From Trichoplax adhaerens (Eukaryota; Animalia; Placozoa): DNA of 64,000 bases. The notes under the pieces were generated by a model. That model had not been told where the DNA came from and searched no databases. It saw only the letters and a list, made by a program, of their open reading frames with translations. Within the stretch, counting starts at the first letter, position 1. Every line of letters starts with the position of its first letter. Positions 1 through 15,102 of this stretch are shown here, one piece after another. The DNA lies in contig NW_002060945.1 of assembly GCF_000150275.1 (NCBI RefSeq), positions 135,872 to 199,871 on the forward strand. Reading direction: 5' to 3'. Position numbers and translations under genes: made by a program.

Positions 1-106
1 TATAAAATAGTTATTTCCTGTCAATACAAAATTTTTGAAATTCAAATTTACAAGCCGATTCAAATACCACGAGTCTTGATCTACTAGGTAATCGAGATTA
101 ATACAG

Positions 107-3100
107 TTAAGACATTTTAACTTTAAGAGAATATTGAATTTGACTAATTAAAACATTTAGATCTCCATAAACTTTTAATAATTGTTCAGGTGTTAACGTA
201 TTCAATTCGCCACGATCAAAATGATCTCGCAATAATTGTGTTAAATCTACAACCGTACGCTCTTGCAAATTGTCATTTTCTATACTTCGATATTGATCTT
301 CGCTTTCACGCCTAGCTTCATATTGCTCGCGGCCTAGGTTTACCTCAGTGTCCGAATTATTTTTGCAAGCATCGTTATCATCATTTTTTACTACATCATT
401 ACTATCGTTACAGTTATTATCTTGATTCATGTGATCTTTCGTGATGCTGTCATTCTGGATTTCTTTGCCTTTGATAATTTCATTAGTATCACCACTTAGT
501 TCACTTTCATTTAAAGAGACTGATAAATCGTCCGATTCATGACTAATGCTTCGAAATGCAGCAGGAACAACAGATTGATCAGTCTCTTGATTACCTTCAT
601 CAGTTTCAGTTAAGACGATTTTTCCATTAGATTTAACTATTGTCTTAGTATCCTAATTAATAAAAACGTAACCCATTAACGATAATATTTAGTCAATATA
701 GAAGATTTCTAAAGCGATTAATTAAAAATTAAATTACGTAGTACGATGAATAACCTGTAAATTTTGAAATTTCCTTAAAGCGTTTTTAATATTAGGAATT
801 TTGGGGGATCGAATAGGTAAAGACTGGACTTGATTTTCGGATAACGAACATAAATCGCCTACTGTACAAATATTCATAGCACGTACAAGTTGTTCTAGTC
901 CTCTTGAACAAGATAATGACGACATCAAGGATGGTAAAACTTGATTTATTGGCTCTTGGCATTCTACTAGGTCAGGAAATATACAGTTATTACTTAAAAT
1001 TTTATCTTGATATTTCGATATCGGTGTCGAAGGGCTGGCGTTAACAGCATTATCTTTGATGTTAATTGGTGCTACTGGAGATATAACAATATTTTTCTTA
1101 TCTTGGATATCGGAAGTAGTCGTATATCCTACAATATTAACAAATGGGATTTTAATGGAATCTATTATATATAAATACTTTCCATAGAACCTCCATAAAT
1201 AATTACACACTACATTCTAAGAGTATTGTTGATTTATTTCTTACCGTTAACGCTGATATCGTCATGGCTAGTTTTAGTCTCAGAAGGAATAGCAAAAGTA
1301 ACGCGACGTGCCTATAAAAAAGAGGACATCAACATAAGAGCACAAATTATGTGATATCACGTAGGCTTCATTCTTGCGTAATAAAGTAACTGAAAATATA
1401 GTTAGTATAATAATTACTTTTCCAGAAGGCGAAGGAGAATCTAAGCTACTCCATCGCTTTAGTATACCAGTTGGCGAGGTTTTGGGAGAAAAAGGTATTG
1501 GAGGGCGTTTTTGTACAGGAGAATTAAGGTTTGCACTTGGAAAAGTAAACTGGATATTATTTTCTTTCGGCGTAATATCTGTACTTGCATCGATTTCCAT
1601 TCGTAGATTGTTGCCGCCACTAAGTGCAGCTTTACCGTCTTCATGATCTGTTACATCGGATGATAATAGCGTTTCACTTGTAGGATAACTGCTGCAGTTA
1701 CCACGTTGTATTTCCGAGTTCTTTTCATTTTTTGCTGATTCAACAATACCCTCCTTCGATTTAACAGGCGACTCTGGTACAACTTTCACTGAGTTATCTT
1801 TTATCGTTGTAGTCGATCCATCCTTTTCTTGTTGTTTTACCCCAACTGAATGAGTGTCGCATTCTTTCAGAATGACTACGAGTGAATCGTTTACACCTAA
1901 TTTCCCATCAGCATCATTCTTCAATGTTTGAGGCTGTAACGCTCGAGTGACTTCATTGATGCTTACAATTTCTACATTAATTAGACAATAAAAGAGAAAT
2001 TAGACTAAATGCCCCAAATATTAGCTACTTCTAACTCAGACTTATAGTATATACCCTCCGAATCCATCATTTCGGTCATACTTGTACCATCTTGAGACTG
2101 ATCTAATCCGTTGTACATTGCTGGGTGCTCTCTATACACGCAAAGATTTTTAATGTATAAGAAAAATATAAAAAATATATAATAATAAATTACCTATCAA
2201 ATACTGTAAGCTGTTAAATTAAGGTATAAACTGATGAAGACTAAAGACATAAATATCCTGGAGATAATTACTTTCTAGTTTCTAATACATCTTTCTGATG
2301 CTCCGTTAAAAGTCTGGGCTTCTTAGGTGAAGGAGGAATTGCTACAAATCCCTACGATTGCAATATTAATTATAATTAATCGAGGAATAAAAATGGTTAG
2401 ACCTTTAACTATTACCTCCATTTCATCGTCCACTGATAAAGGTAATTTTCTTCGAGCTGAAGAAGCATGTGGAGAAAATCGTCCATCTTTCTGGCCTCGA
2501 CTGGAAGAAGAGGCTGGCGTAGCCTGCTATGACATAGATCAGAAAAAGTATTTAGAAAATGGTAATCTTCAGTTATAGATGCAATCACATAAAACTGTTA
2601 TGGTAATAAAATCTTGACTGGAGATTGCACAGTTAGTATTTTGTTCTACCTTAAACGGTGACATTCGTTGTATCGTGCTTTCAACTTTAGCAGCTTTGCG
2701 TAAGAAGCTGCCTGTAACGTGAGTCGGCGTTGACATCGTGGTACTAGGTACTTCTTCATTAGCTAGAGATGGTTCTTCGAACTAAATAGAATGTATCGGC
2801 GTAATGAGCATTAGACTTACAAAAATTAAATCAGCCTTCTCGAGTTATATATAATAATAGATAATGATTATGTATTCCACCTGTTCAATTTGACATTCGT
2901 CATCCTCTTCGTCATGATTCTATGATTAACAGTAAAGCAATTGTGTAAGTTTCAGCAATATCAGTATAGCCTAAAGACGATATCCAGATAAAATTTAATG
3001 CAAATCGCCGACTTGAAACTTACATCTTCCCATCCTGGCAATGCGATTGGTGTTGTTTTCCTAAGTGTTGTAAACTTGGACCTAATTAGAAAGTTTATCC

Positions 3101-6100
3101 CTTATTGCAATGCCAAATTTAATGTTAATCACTATCCACTAAACAGCTACTCCAAATCAGTCTTTACCGCAATGAAATTGGATAGGTAAGAGGTGATGAG
3201 GTAGCGAAAGTTGCATTCCAGAAAACTAGCATACGATTCTGTATCTGTCGTTTCGAATTACATAGTGTTCCTTCCTGTAGATATCAGAGAGAACTTGCTT
3301 AAAACTTCACAGATATTCTCATATGAATAAAATTATCATCATAAATTTAAATACCAAAATTGGAGCAATGATCTTAAGCAAGTCAGAATCATATGGCAAC
3401 ATGTATCGACTTTGTAAGCAAGTTAAAATTATATCCAAAAGCCTCTCAATCTAAAAACAGATCAATAACTTTAGTAATTTTGCTCTATGAACATCTTCCG
3501 TAATTTAATCAAATCTTTCTGTCTTACCTTGTTGGATATAGATACCGGAAAATGCTGTCGCGTCTTTTTCCTTTCGATAGAGTACAGATTAGAATTTAGA
3601 AATTAATTACAAGCCAAATAGAATCATCTTGGATAAACTGATTAATAATAAGGATTTGTTTTGCCACATACCGCTTGTCCGTATCTTTTAACAAAAGCCC
3701 TAGACCAAGTGAAAGTTTTTCTAATGTCGATCGAATAGCAATCGAGCCAGAGATGTGGCCAAAAACAAGCGCTAGCATATTGACCAGTACAATAAGTGAA
3801 GAATTTTCATTCTGCCGGCTCTACAAGTAATTGTAACAAACGCTTTTTGTCAAATTATTGTCATACTTTCCTGAAAATACAAAACGAATCATTTCAAACT
3901 TACTCTATTCTCACGGTATCCGGCTGAAGTTACGGTTTCCGTAAGAAGTCTTAACATCTCAATTAGCGCCGATAGCTTATGATGTTTTTGATTTCTAGGA
4001 TTCGTCTTGGATCGACCATCATCAACAATGGTCGATACCGTCGATAATTCCATACAATCAACAATAACAGATGTAGTTTCCATAGTCGCATCAAAGAAGG
4101 TATTCTCCTATATATTCAATATTTAGTGGAATTAAATCAAGACATGTCTTAAAAAATTTATACCATTAACTCGTAAATATGTAAGTACAAACAAAATTTT
4201 TACTAACCAATAGATTTTCCTTTGTCACCACTTTTAACAGGCGCTTACATAGTGTATGTACGACTTCACTTAAATCTAATAATTTTTAAGTTACAATCTT
4301 CGTTAATATTTCAAAGTATTAACTGAAATCTTACAGTACGTGATCTCGAAACGAACGTATTACAGAAATAGTCAAAATAGTGTATTTAGGCAATTACAAA
4401 TGATAAACATACCAACGGATGGTATCAGTGACGAGCAACGCATGAATGTTCGAAATAATTCCTCCCAAACCTTCAGTATTTGTTTACTTGCATCCTAAAG
4501 AATCCGACAGAAGTCATAGGTAATTACTCTTTACCTGGCAACATTACAGTGACATATTTTGCTTTATTTTTGACACCAACAGTTAAATACGTCAGAATAA
4601 CTAACCTGATTCAATTCATAATTTAATATATAAGTAAACGGAAATTCTAATACATTATATATACAATCGAAGACTGGTTCCAAGCCACCCTGATTAACTT
4701 CATTGGTCTAAAAACAGTGATTCATTAGCACTTGGTAATACATAATATTTTTACAAGTATTTTTTCTTACAAGTCTAACTGATTCCAAAAGTCCTTTTGC
4801 CAAGACAGTCCATAGTTGATCAAGATGTAATTTATGTAATTGACTATCAAATTATAGAAGGTTTTTAGAAATCAATTAAAAACAATTCGACATTTACATG
4901 AATTAGCGTCATTACTCACTAATTTCAGAAGCGATATTATAAAATTTATGTAAAATATACTATCAATATAGCAAAACAAAGTGATAAAAAATTACTTCGC
5001 AATTATTTCATTTTACCTTTCCTTTAACACGGATAAAATGCGATCGAAAGTATCAAGGTTCCTAGAAGATCCCTCCGAAACTAACCCTATGATCTTACTA
5101 TAAAGCGATATGAACCTACCAAGGTGTTTTGGTATCTCTGTTACTTCAAAAAATCAAACAACACCGATATACAACTATCAGATACAATTTTTAAAATCTA
5201 ACCTTTCTGAATAATTGTTGCTATTTGTTATTTGTATCAGTTCAGACAGTATCTTCTCAACAAGGATCACTACACATTCCTTCTAATTAAAAGAATCAGA
5301 TTTGAATATATTAGAACTGACAAGAACAACCAACCGAGCAAAATCTATAATTAATGTACTACCTTGTTGGTATCTTCTGTCTTTGATACCCGATCACTTA
5401 GACCAGTCAATATGATATTTGGCAACGTGAGAAAAGCATCTATAATAGTCTGGCATACATAAAATTGCAAGTTATAAATTACGATAACAGAATAAACCAG
5501 AACTCATTCAGAAATATTGATTTAGCGTACTAAATTAGTTTCTGGAGATTGTGCAAAAACCATTAAAAGATATTGTAATGCACCCATAACCAAATCAGTA
5601 GGGATTTGATGATTCTTAAACTTATCTATCGTAAAAGTTTCAAATGTAACACTTAAAAAACCACCTAACTTAGAAATTTAACGTGAATAAATCTATTTGT
5701 AAGATTATAAGTTTTTGTCCTTTATTTTGCAGAGATCAAAATGGATCAATTAGTTATTTTCGACTTACTTTCTTGAATTGCTTGTGATAATCTGTCAATC
5801 AAGGATATCCATAATTTCGAAAGAAGATTTTCTACGTAATAGGAAAATACTATTAGTTCAAACGAGATCTTGGTTTAACGAACAAATAAAAGTCGCAATC
5901 TCACCTTCTAGCTTGTTTTGTAACGTTCTAGATGCAGTTACAATACAGTTAAAAAATAAATTGTAATATTCCAAAAATATTTCACCACTAGTTTCATAGA
6001 TGTTGCAAGGTAGTGGATCTGAAAGTAGTCAATAAATTTATAAAATTAAAGTTAATGACTTGGGCCAAAGCTGCTTTTGTGAATGATTAAATTATGACTA

Positions 6101-9100
6101 CCGCAGCAAGAAGTAATATAGTTCTGCTGGACAAACCTAATCGGAAGCGTAAGGGGCTCTTTCTCTTAGAATCATTTAGGTAATGATAAAGAGCTTCACA
6201 TCCTAAAGAAACTACATTTTCATATCCTGGGCCAGTTTTAAAATTTAATTGGGGCGTTTGTGGACTTGTCGATGACAGGACGAAACTTTGGGTGCCAGGC
6301 ATGGACTTATTCGTAGGAGTAGAAGTTAGATCAGAAGGAAGACAATCTCCATTCGCGCTTTCAAGCGATTTAATGTAGTCTCGATTTGTCACCTGACTTC
6401 CAAAGCAATATATTAATAATGGAAGGCAAATCTAAGCATAAAGAAATCAATAGAAGACGACATTAAAAGATTTTGATAGTGAATAATCAAGGTAAGAGTT
6501 GATACAATATTAAAAGAAAACAGTGCTAGATAATGGCACATGACCGCACTTCTTTGAATAAAGCCGGTGAATGCTTATTCATAGACTTAATCAGATGCCA
6601 CCAAGTCAAGATACGACTTTCATTTAGAACAGGAGGTGTATCTTCTGAGGATTTAATCTATAGCGATGATGTAGAAATTGCGTACTTAAGAAACTCTTGT
6701 ACAGAAGATACTGACATGATCATTACATATCAAGGCTACAAATTAACAGCATTCTATCATTATTATTATTTTAAATCTTTCTTGTTATAGACATTAATCT
6801 AGCATCTTGCATAAGATTCTGAGGTATTACACCGGCGCAGATGCTAAAATTGTATTTCACTTACCATAATTGGTGTACTCAAGAGTTTTCTCTTTTTGGG
6901 GCTGGTTGTTAAATCTAAATTCAGAATTTACTTCAACGTTAAATTGCTTTAAATTTTAAGCGTAAAGATTAACTTTGCAACATACCGGTATAAGATACAA
7001 AACTATCAATAAAGTGTCGCCAGTTAGCGTAAGCTTCCAGTAAAATGTCAATCGATTTATTTTTAAAACCCTGGTCACAACAATAAAGTATCCAATGGAT
7101 TAAAAAACGAAATTAAATTAAAGGAACATTAATTTCACTTAAATTCACCATTTCCATTATTTTTAACATATCATTCAGAAGAGATCCACTTCGATGTAAA
7201 ACCTTTTAACAAAGTAATAAAAAAATATGTTAATTAACAATTTAGAAATGCTATAACACCGATTGATCACGTCTACCTTTCCCAATAGAATAATGTAGTA
7301 GCGCCATGCTCGTAGAGCACTAATTTCTCGTCTTTCAGCCATCATTTTGCCCATCTCATCTATTAAATTCTTTAACATAGCAATCCAGGTATAGAAAATT
7401 AAGAATATAAAACAATTACTTCCAGAGACGATGAAATACCATCACTTAAACTTACGGCCTTAAGATCTGGAATAAGAACGCGGATTAACTCTTCCTGTGA
7501 TGATAGCAGCAATGGTAATGCTGACTCCATGACAACAAGTGCTCTTTCTGCGACTTTCACAGCTGAATTAAGCATTACTGGATAAACCAGTATTCCCCAT
7601 TTAGCAACGTTGGCACGCATTGTATTTGGTACTTGTTCAATCAATCTAAATAATTCGATAAATGAACATGGATTTATTTACAGTGTAATTTTAATCTCGA
7701 ATAATCGGTGAATCTAACAATAAAATGATAAGACGATTCGATATAATGAGCTTTAAAATTGAACCTTAAGATCACATTCATAGCTTCAAATTCGACAGTT
7801 GCAGACTGAAAGCCACCGGATAACAGTACGTGTTCTAAGGCTGGAAGGACAACACTAACCTAATATATTGATCATTTATTAATATTCTTTGTTTAATATC
7901 ACACGTATAGATTGATGATGTAACAACAGCCAAAATTGGTCTCTTACTTGATTTGCAACAATATCGGAGTTTATATTTTGCTTTGCAACGCACCATAAAG
8001 CCCTAGTACACCTGTTTTTGTCATGGGTACTGACGATAGCACTGCAAAGAGCTATAAGATATTGATAGCGTCAATACAGTATCTGCTTAGTGAAGTATCA
8101 GCAATTAGAAATGCTAAATATAAGTTTAAACATACCTTTTAGCATGCCAATTGCAACGTCATCCGGTAAAGAACTGCAAAACGACATAAAACAGTAGATA
8201 ATTAGTACATAGGACAGACAATTTACGCGTACTCAATATATACTGGTATAAGTATAATTGCTATCTAATATCAGGTGATAGTAAAGAAGTCTTAGTGAGC
8301 TGAACTTGCCCAGCAATTCGTGCATGATACAAGCAATAGCCAAGTGCTTGCAAAGACGCCAGAGCTAGTTCTCGGGGATCGCTTAAAATATCTCTCTATA
8401 AGATAAAATTTTTTCATATGGTAAAAATAAATAATGTTCACGCAAGTATAGCTAGCTGCTTAGTAGAACTCATAACCAGTTTTGTATTTTGTACAAAATC
8501 AACTACTAATTAATTTGATAAGATTTAAGAACTCTAATTAAACAATTTCAAGAATCATAATTTACTGCTATTCAGTTATAGCCCAAAAAACTAATGACAA
8601 ACATACTTTTAAAATAAAAGCAGAAAAATATCGAGTAGAATAAAAAGTTCCTTCAAAATAATCTACGAAAAATATCCTTTAGCCGATAGCAATGAAATTT
8701 ACATAGATGGAAAAATTGGTGCAAGATATGATGATGGTTGATTAGGCTCTAAGAATGATACTATACGTGGCTAGCAGTACTGTAGTAAGTAAGTAGGGTA
8801 ATTAAAGAGTTTAATTGATTCTAATTCTACCGAATAGCCATACAAAAATATACTAGATACCTACAGTAAAGTGTAAAGCAATTTTAATGTGATACAGTAG
8901 AATGCAGAGCTGATAGGTAAAATTACAATGCGGTGTAACGCATGGCACCTTTGATTAATCAATTATTAATAATGAGAACTTAAGAATAGAAGTAAGTTTA
9001 ATCTATTTTTGCGAATGTAAGAGAAGAGCGTACATTATCGACGCTGGAAATCTGAGTTTGCAAATGTAATGTAATGTACGATCATGTGTTATACAAGTGG

Positions 9101-9740
9101 ACAGCCTGCGATGGTGGCAAGTAGTGAATACAAGAGCTGTAAATTGTAAGCATGGATGTATATTAACTTAATGCAACAAAATGGCATCATTGCAGATAAC
9201 CGACAAGCTCTAAAAATGATAGCATAATACCATCATGATTACAGTGCTACGTACCTTGACAACAGAGCACAATATTGTCGCATTTCGACATATTTCATCG
9301 ACTAGAATATCTTGATCATCATGGCGCAAACGTCTAGTAGAAATATATCATGTTTAATACAAGTAGGTTGTGTAATCACTTTACTATTATACCTAAGCAC
9401 CATAGCTTTTAACTTTGCAAATACGGTCCACAAAGTAAAAATATAGTATCGTTTAATGGCTAACGGCCACGACATGTTAAAGCTATAATAGGCATAAGCA
9501 TATACTGTACTGTACTGTAGATAGTCATCCATAGCAATTCGTATATGATAAACTGATCAATATTCGAACGACGTAGTACGATGAAAGAAAGTCGATAAAC
9601 CAAAGGATAGCTTTTATCGCTGACTATTTGTAATCTAATTTTACCCTATTAACCCGATAAAAGTTTAGCAACGTATTGAACTTACTCAGTTAATGTCAGG
9701 TAGGCATCGATACGATCTTCATCGGGTGCAGTCTTATCAC
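107..9740 (-). CDS. RIF1: Telomere-associated/replication-timing protein RIF1 (multi-exon; start-codon exon unresolved, upstream of 9740)
   Basis: N-terminal exons read DRIDAYLTLTE (9686-9740), RLRHDDQDILVDEICRNATILCSVVK and RDILSDPRELALASLQALGYCLY, matching the Rif1_N HEAT region. PP1-docking pair GILK (near 1460) and RRVTF (exon near 1246-1311). The C-terminal conserved domain IFPDLVECQEPINQVLPSL...TVGDLCSLSENQVQSLPIRSPK is in ORF 734..1210. Stop at 107-109. Confidence 0.93.
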
Positions 9741-10403
9741 CTAAACTAACTAATAATGATTTGAATGCTCCATGGCGAGGTGCTGTAGCAACCATCATAT
9801 TCGAGTCTTGCACGCAATCTACTAATGTAACAAGCACTCCAATTGACCTCCACCAGAGTCTTTTTCTTAACCTATCATCATCAAGCAGATCATTATTAAA
9901 AGATCAATAAGATGGAAAATCAATTCTCACGTTAACCCAGATACTACGCTATCTACAGTAAGACGCCAGACATCATTTGCGACTTACTGACTAAACTAAA
10001 GCATGATTGTAACGTAGAACAAAGTACGTCCTCGTCGACAACAATCAAATAAGTTTCTATTACCCTGTAGACAACAACTATTAACCTAGACGTAGCAAGC
10101 AATCTTCTACCAGATTGTACCATGAAATCCTATTTCCTATTCTACCTTAATAAGATTAATGATTAACTATGTAGGATTTACACGCTGCTCGTCTAGGGCA
10201 CCATCTTCCCTACTACACAAAACATTAACATCATGCTACTATTTTACGATCAATATTGACTGTCGTCTCTTTATTACATCAATATGTTCCAACAGACTTG
10301 TTAATAACTATAAAAGGCCTACAGTCTATAACAGAGAAGAAGAACAACAAATTGAACATGCCATCGGCCATCTTACCTCTTGATCTAAACACCTCGAAAA
10401 ATT

Positions 10404-10426
10404 GCGCGAAATGCAATTCGCGCCAA
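10404..10426. promoter_or_regulatory. Paired E2F-type sites at the RIF1 5' end
   Basis: GCGCGAAA (10404-10411) and TTCGCGCCAA (10417-10426) lie just upstream of a minus-strand donor AAGAG|GTAAGA near 10377. CpG-rich motifs are rare in this sequence. Confidence 0.5.
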
Positions 10427-10526
10427 CATGAAATACAGTAGGCGTGGGGAGATCTACAGTATGATGTGCTGTACAGTGTACAGTGCTCAGTCCTGGAGTA
10501 CTGTACACTGTACCAGGAACTTCTGA

Positions 10527-10863
10527 GACAAGTACTGTACACAGTACAGTACAGTGTTTGTTTCAGGAGTCTCTGACTGACGAATCATACAGTGCAGTAG
10601 GGAATGAATATACCGCACCAGACGGACAGACCTCCATAGCACCGAATCCATGTTAAATAGCTAATTAATTATTTAATTATTTAGACAAGTACTGTACTGT
10701 ACACTGTACCGTACAGTAGCTACAGTACAGTGTTTGTGTCAAGAGTCTCTGACTGGCTAATCATACAGTGCAGTAGGGTACGAATATACCGCACCAGACG
10801 GACAGACCTCTATAGCACTGAATCCATGTTGAATAGCTATTTAATTAATTATTTAATTATTTA
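10527..10863. repeat. Two-copy tandem duplication, about 160-180 bp unit
   Basis: Both copies carry gagtctctgactg...aatcatacagtgcagtaggg...gaatataccgcaccagacggacagacctc...gaatccatgtt...taattatttaattattta. Confidence 0.92.
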
Positions 10864-13134
10864 TGCACTAGCAAAACCACATACGAGTCCATGGCAAAAT
10901 CCTTGAAAATTTCGCGAATTGAAGGGTTAATTCAACATTGTGATATGCCGATGCAGCATACCACCATTACCAGGTCCTTTTCTAGCGACTAATAGTCCAT
11001 GAAAGGGTCGTTTGGCATGCTTAATTAATTAAAATGTCCAGGCCGACTATTTACTCCTGGTCATTTGGACTATATTATCATCCAAATCACCTGCCGCTGA
11101 CTCATTTTGCTCGATTACGGCAGACGTTTTCAGTAGTAGGGTAGAAATGTAGAATAGAATGACTAAAACGACTACTTTGAACACCAGTAAGCTGCATCTG
11201 GACAAAAATAATGTCACATATGGTAATGATTCGTTCTGTCAGAAAGTAATTCCATTCGCATGACATCATTTTTGTCTGGACAATACAGTGCTATATTATT
11301 ATTTTTACTTTTAGTAGTCGCCCTAGATGCTTATTCTATATTACGACCTTAGACTACTAAAGGCAATGGCAGCAAATGCAGAGCAAAATAGTGTCTGTAT
11401 TATCTCTAGAACTTTCACGTCTCTCTCTTTTTTAGTTTACATTAGTACAGTACTGTACTGCAAATCAGCTGAGCTACTGCCTGCTGAGTATTCAACACGG
11501 TTCGTATTACTATGTATGTATTAAGCGGAGTCGGGAATAGGGAGGGAGGCCTATTAGTATTATTTATTTACTGTTCAATATTATTAAACTCTTACATTTT
11601 TGTTATAAATGTCAGAAAACTTCTAGTACAGTAGTCTGATGATGCAGGCTTCGCTTTCGAGCAGTCAAATGAAAATATCGATATATTCGTATGTTATATA
11701 GTCATTTTGACTCTGCAGTCTGAGAAATCTTATGCACTGTATGTAGATAATATTATTATTATTTATTTATACGTTCAGTATTATATACTAATGGGTTAAG
11801 GAAAGAGACTGTATGATGGAAATTGCAAAATTCCTAAAACCTAGCCGTACAGTAGATGTACAAACTATATCACTCAATAATAACTGTATAAAGGCCCAGG
11901 TAATGAAAAATCACACTCAGCAGAACTTCTTGATACGGTAATTGCGAAAGAAAATGACTAATCATGAATTCAGATCGCAATGGAAGGATATAGGAATTGA
12001 ATCCTCACTCGAACCAACAGGAACTGCATGGAAGAATATTTAATAGAAACTACAGTACGTGGAAAAGATAACAACAGAAAAATGTAAAAGAATAACATCA
12101 GACTCTAATACGAGCAAATGGCCAGTAACATAGCAAGTCGCGAATGAATATTCTATTAATCTCTGCCAAAAGAAGTAGATTTCTGAGTACTGTCAGCCTT
12201 AGAAGTCTCTGTATCAGTACGGAGACAAGGCTGAAGCACTGCTAAAAGATGAACAACTTTCTTATACTTGAACTTACTAAGCCCTTTAGAAATGTATACC
12301 TTACTTAAGTGGGTGATAACCTGCATGTCCACTCGACTACAGTAAACTAAAGTTATAATTATCATTTAGCTAAGGCTAATTGCTTCAAACTGATACATTG
12401 AAATCAATTATGGAACAGGCTCATCCAGCTAGAGCAACAGCATATAAAAGCTGTAAGCCCTCTTTATTCAAGGTAAATGAGCAACAATTAAAATTCCACA
12501 AACGGTATACAGAAATTTTGATTATCTGAAATGAAGAATAACAACGTACAATGATAGCACTGCACGATAGACTACATGCAATAGGTATAACACGATATGA
12601 TCTTGTTGCATAGTGATAACTTTTGCACTGCAACAGTACCAAAAGCTGCTGATCTCAAGAAGCACAGCTTTATATCAGTAAAAGCTCAGAATTAGAATTT
12701 GCAGCGATAGGACACATTCGCCAGCTTTCGTCCACTAAATAACTGTACCATAAATGCAGAATTTGCAATCATTCACAAATCAAAAACAACTATATACGTA
12801 TTATATGCATGTATACATGTAGTAGAGTACATTAAAAAATAATCACGTCAGTTTGACGTAACCACATGCCATTTAAAAAAACTACTCTTTCCTTTCTAAT
12901 TGTTATACAGGACTATTATACAAATGCGTATATAGCCATAAATTGGCTATAAAGTTTACAATGCGACCAGGAAATGGCTAATTAATCCATGAATTGACAC
13001 ATGAATAAGTTTATCTGCAACTGCAATTACAATAGCACTTCGTTTTATTATACTTTAAATTTTTTTCAATGATGAAGCTAAAAGCAGTCTTATTTTACTG
13101 ATTTTATTGACCATCGGTATGGGTTGTACTCCAA

Positions 13135-14363
<1,229 letters not shown>

Positions 14364-14733
14364 TTAATTTAAGCTAATTGAATTAAATATGGAGATCAAC
14401 GGGAAAAATTTTCAAGGAAAATTCGTCCTACTGCTAGCACAAGTAATGTACAGTACAGTACAGTACGATCATTCACTATACTATGTACTGTACCTTACAG
14501 TATACAGTACAGTACAGTACACTCGTTGGTCAGCAAGAGTTTGAATGTGCAAAACGACTTGTCATCGCTGTTAGGGTCACCTCTTTGACGACATGGGTTT
14601 GTCTCCTGCTATTGAAGCAATCGCTTCACTCAAAGGTATGACCATTTATTTTGCACATTCTATTTGTCGTGCTGTAACCTAATACAGTACAGTACAGTAC
14701 TGTAGTACAGTACTACTAGTTGAATGCGTAGAG

Positions 14734-14743
14734 ATCACGCCAC
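14734..14743. promoter_or_regulatory. Sterol-regulatory-element-like motif ATCACGCCAC
   Basis: One base from the classic SRE ATCACCCCAC, about 430 bp upstream of the IDI1 ATG. An E-box CACGTGAT is at 14894-14901. Confidence 0.4.
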
Positions 14744-15102
14744 TGGCGTTGGCCCATCAGGGCGTTACAGGAAGAAAGTACATAGTACTGTACTGTACAG
14801 TGCCTGTTAATACTGTACACTGTAGAGGACTGGAGACTTGGCTTACTATACTGTACAGTACTGTTCAGTCATTGTGCAGAAAAGCTTGGAGTACACGTGA
14901 TAGCTAGAAGGCCAAAATTGCAAATCTTGCAAGCAATTTCACCACCTAAAGATTCGACAGTCTTGTATAGTATCGCTTGACTAGGGATCATTTTCTATTT
15001 TACGCTACTTCAAGAGGAAATAAGATTGTCAACTACCTCAAATCAGTCAGAGTCATCCTATCATACGTCAGAAATTGAATCAATTTGAGCCAAGCTTGTG
15101 GA

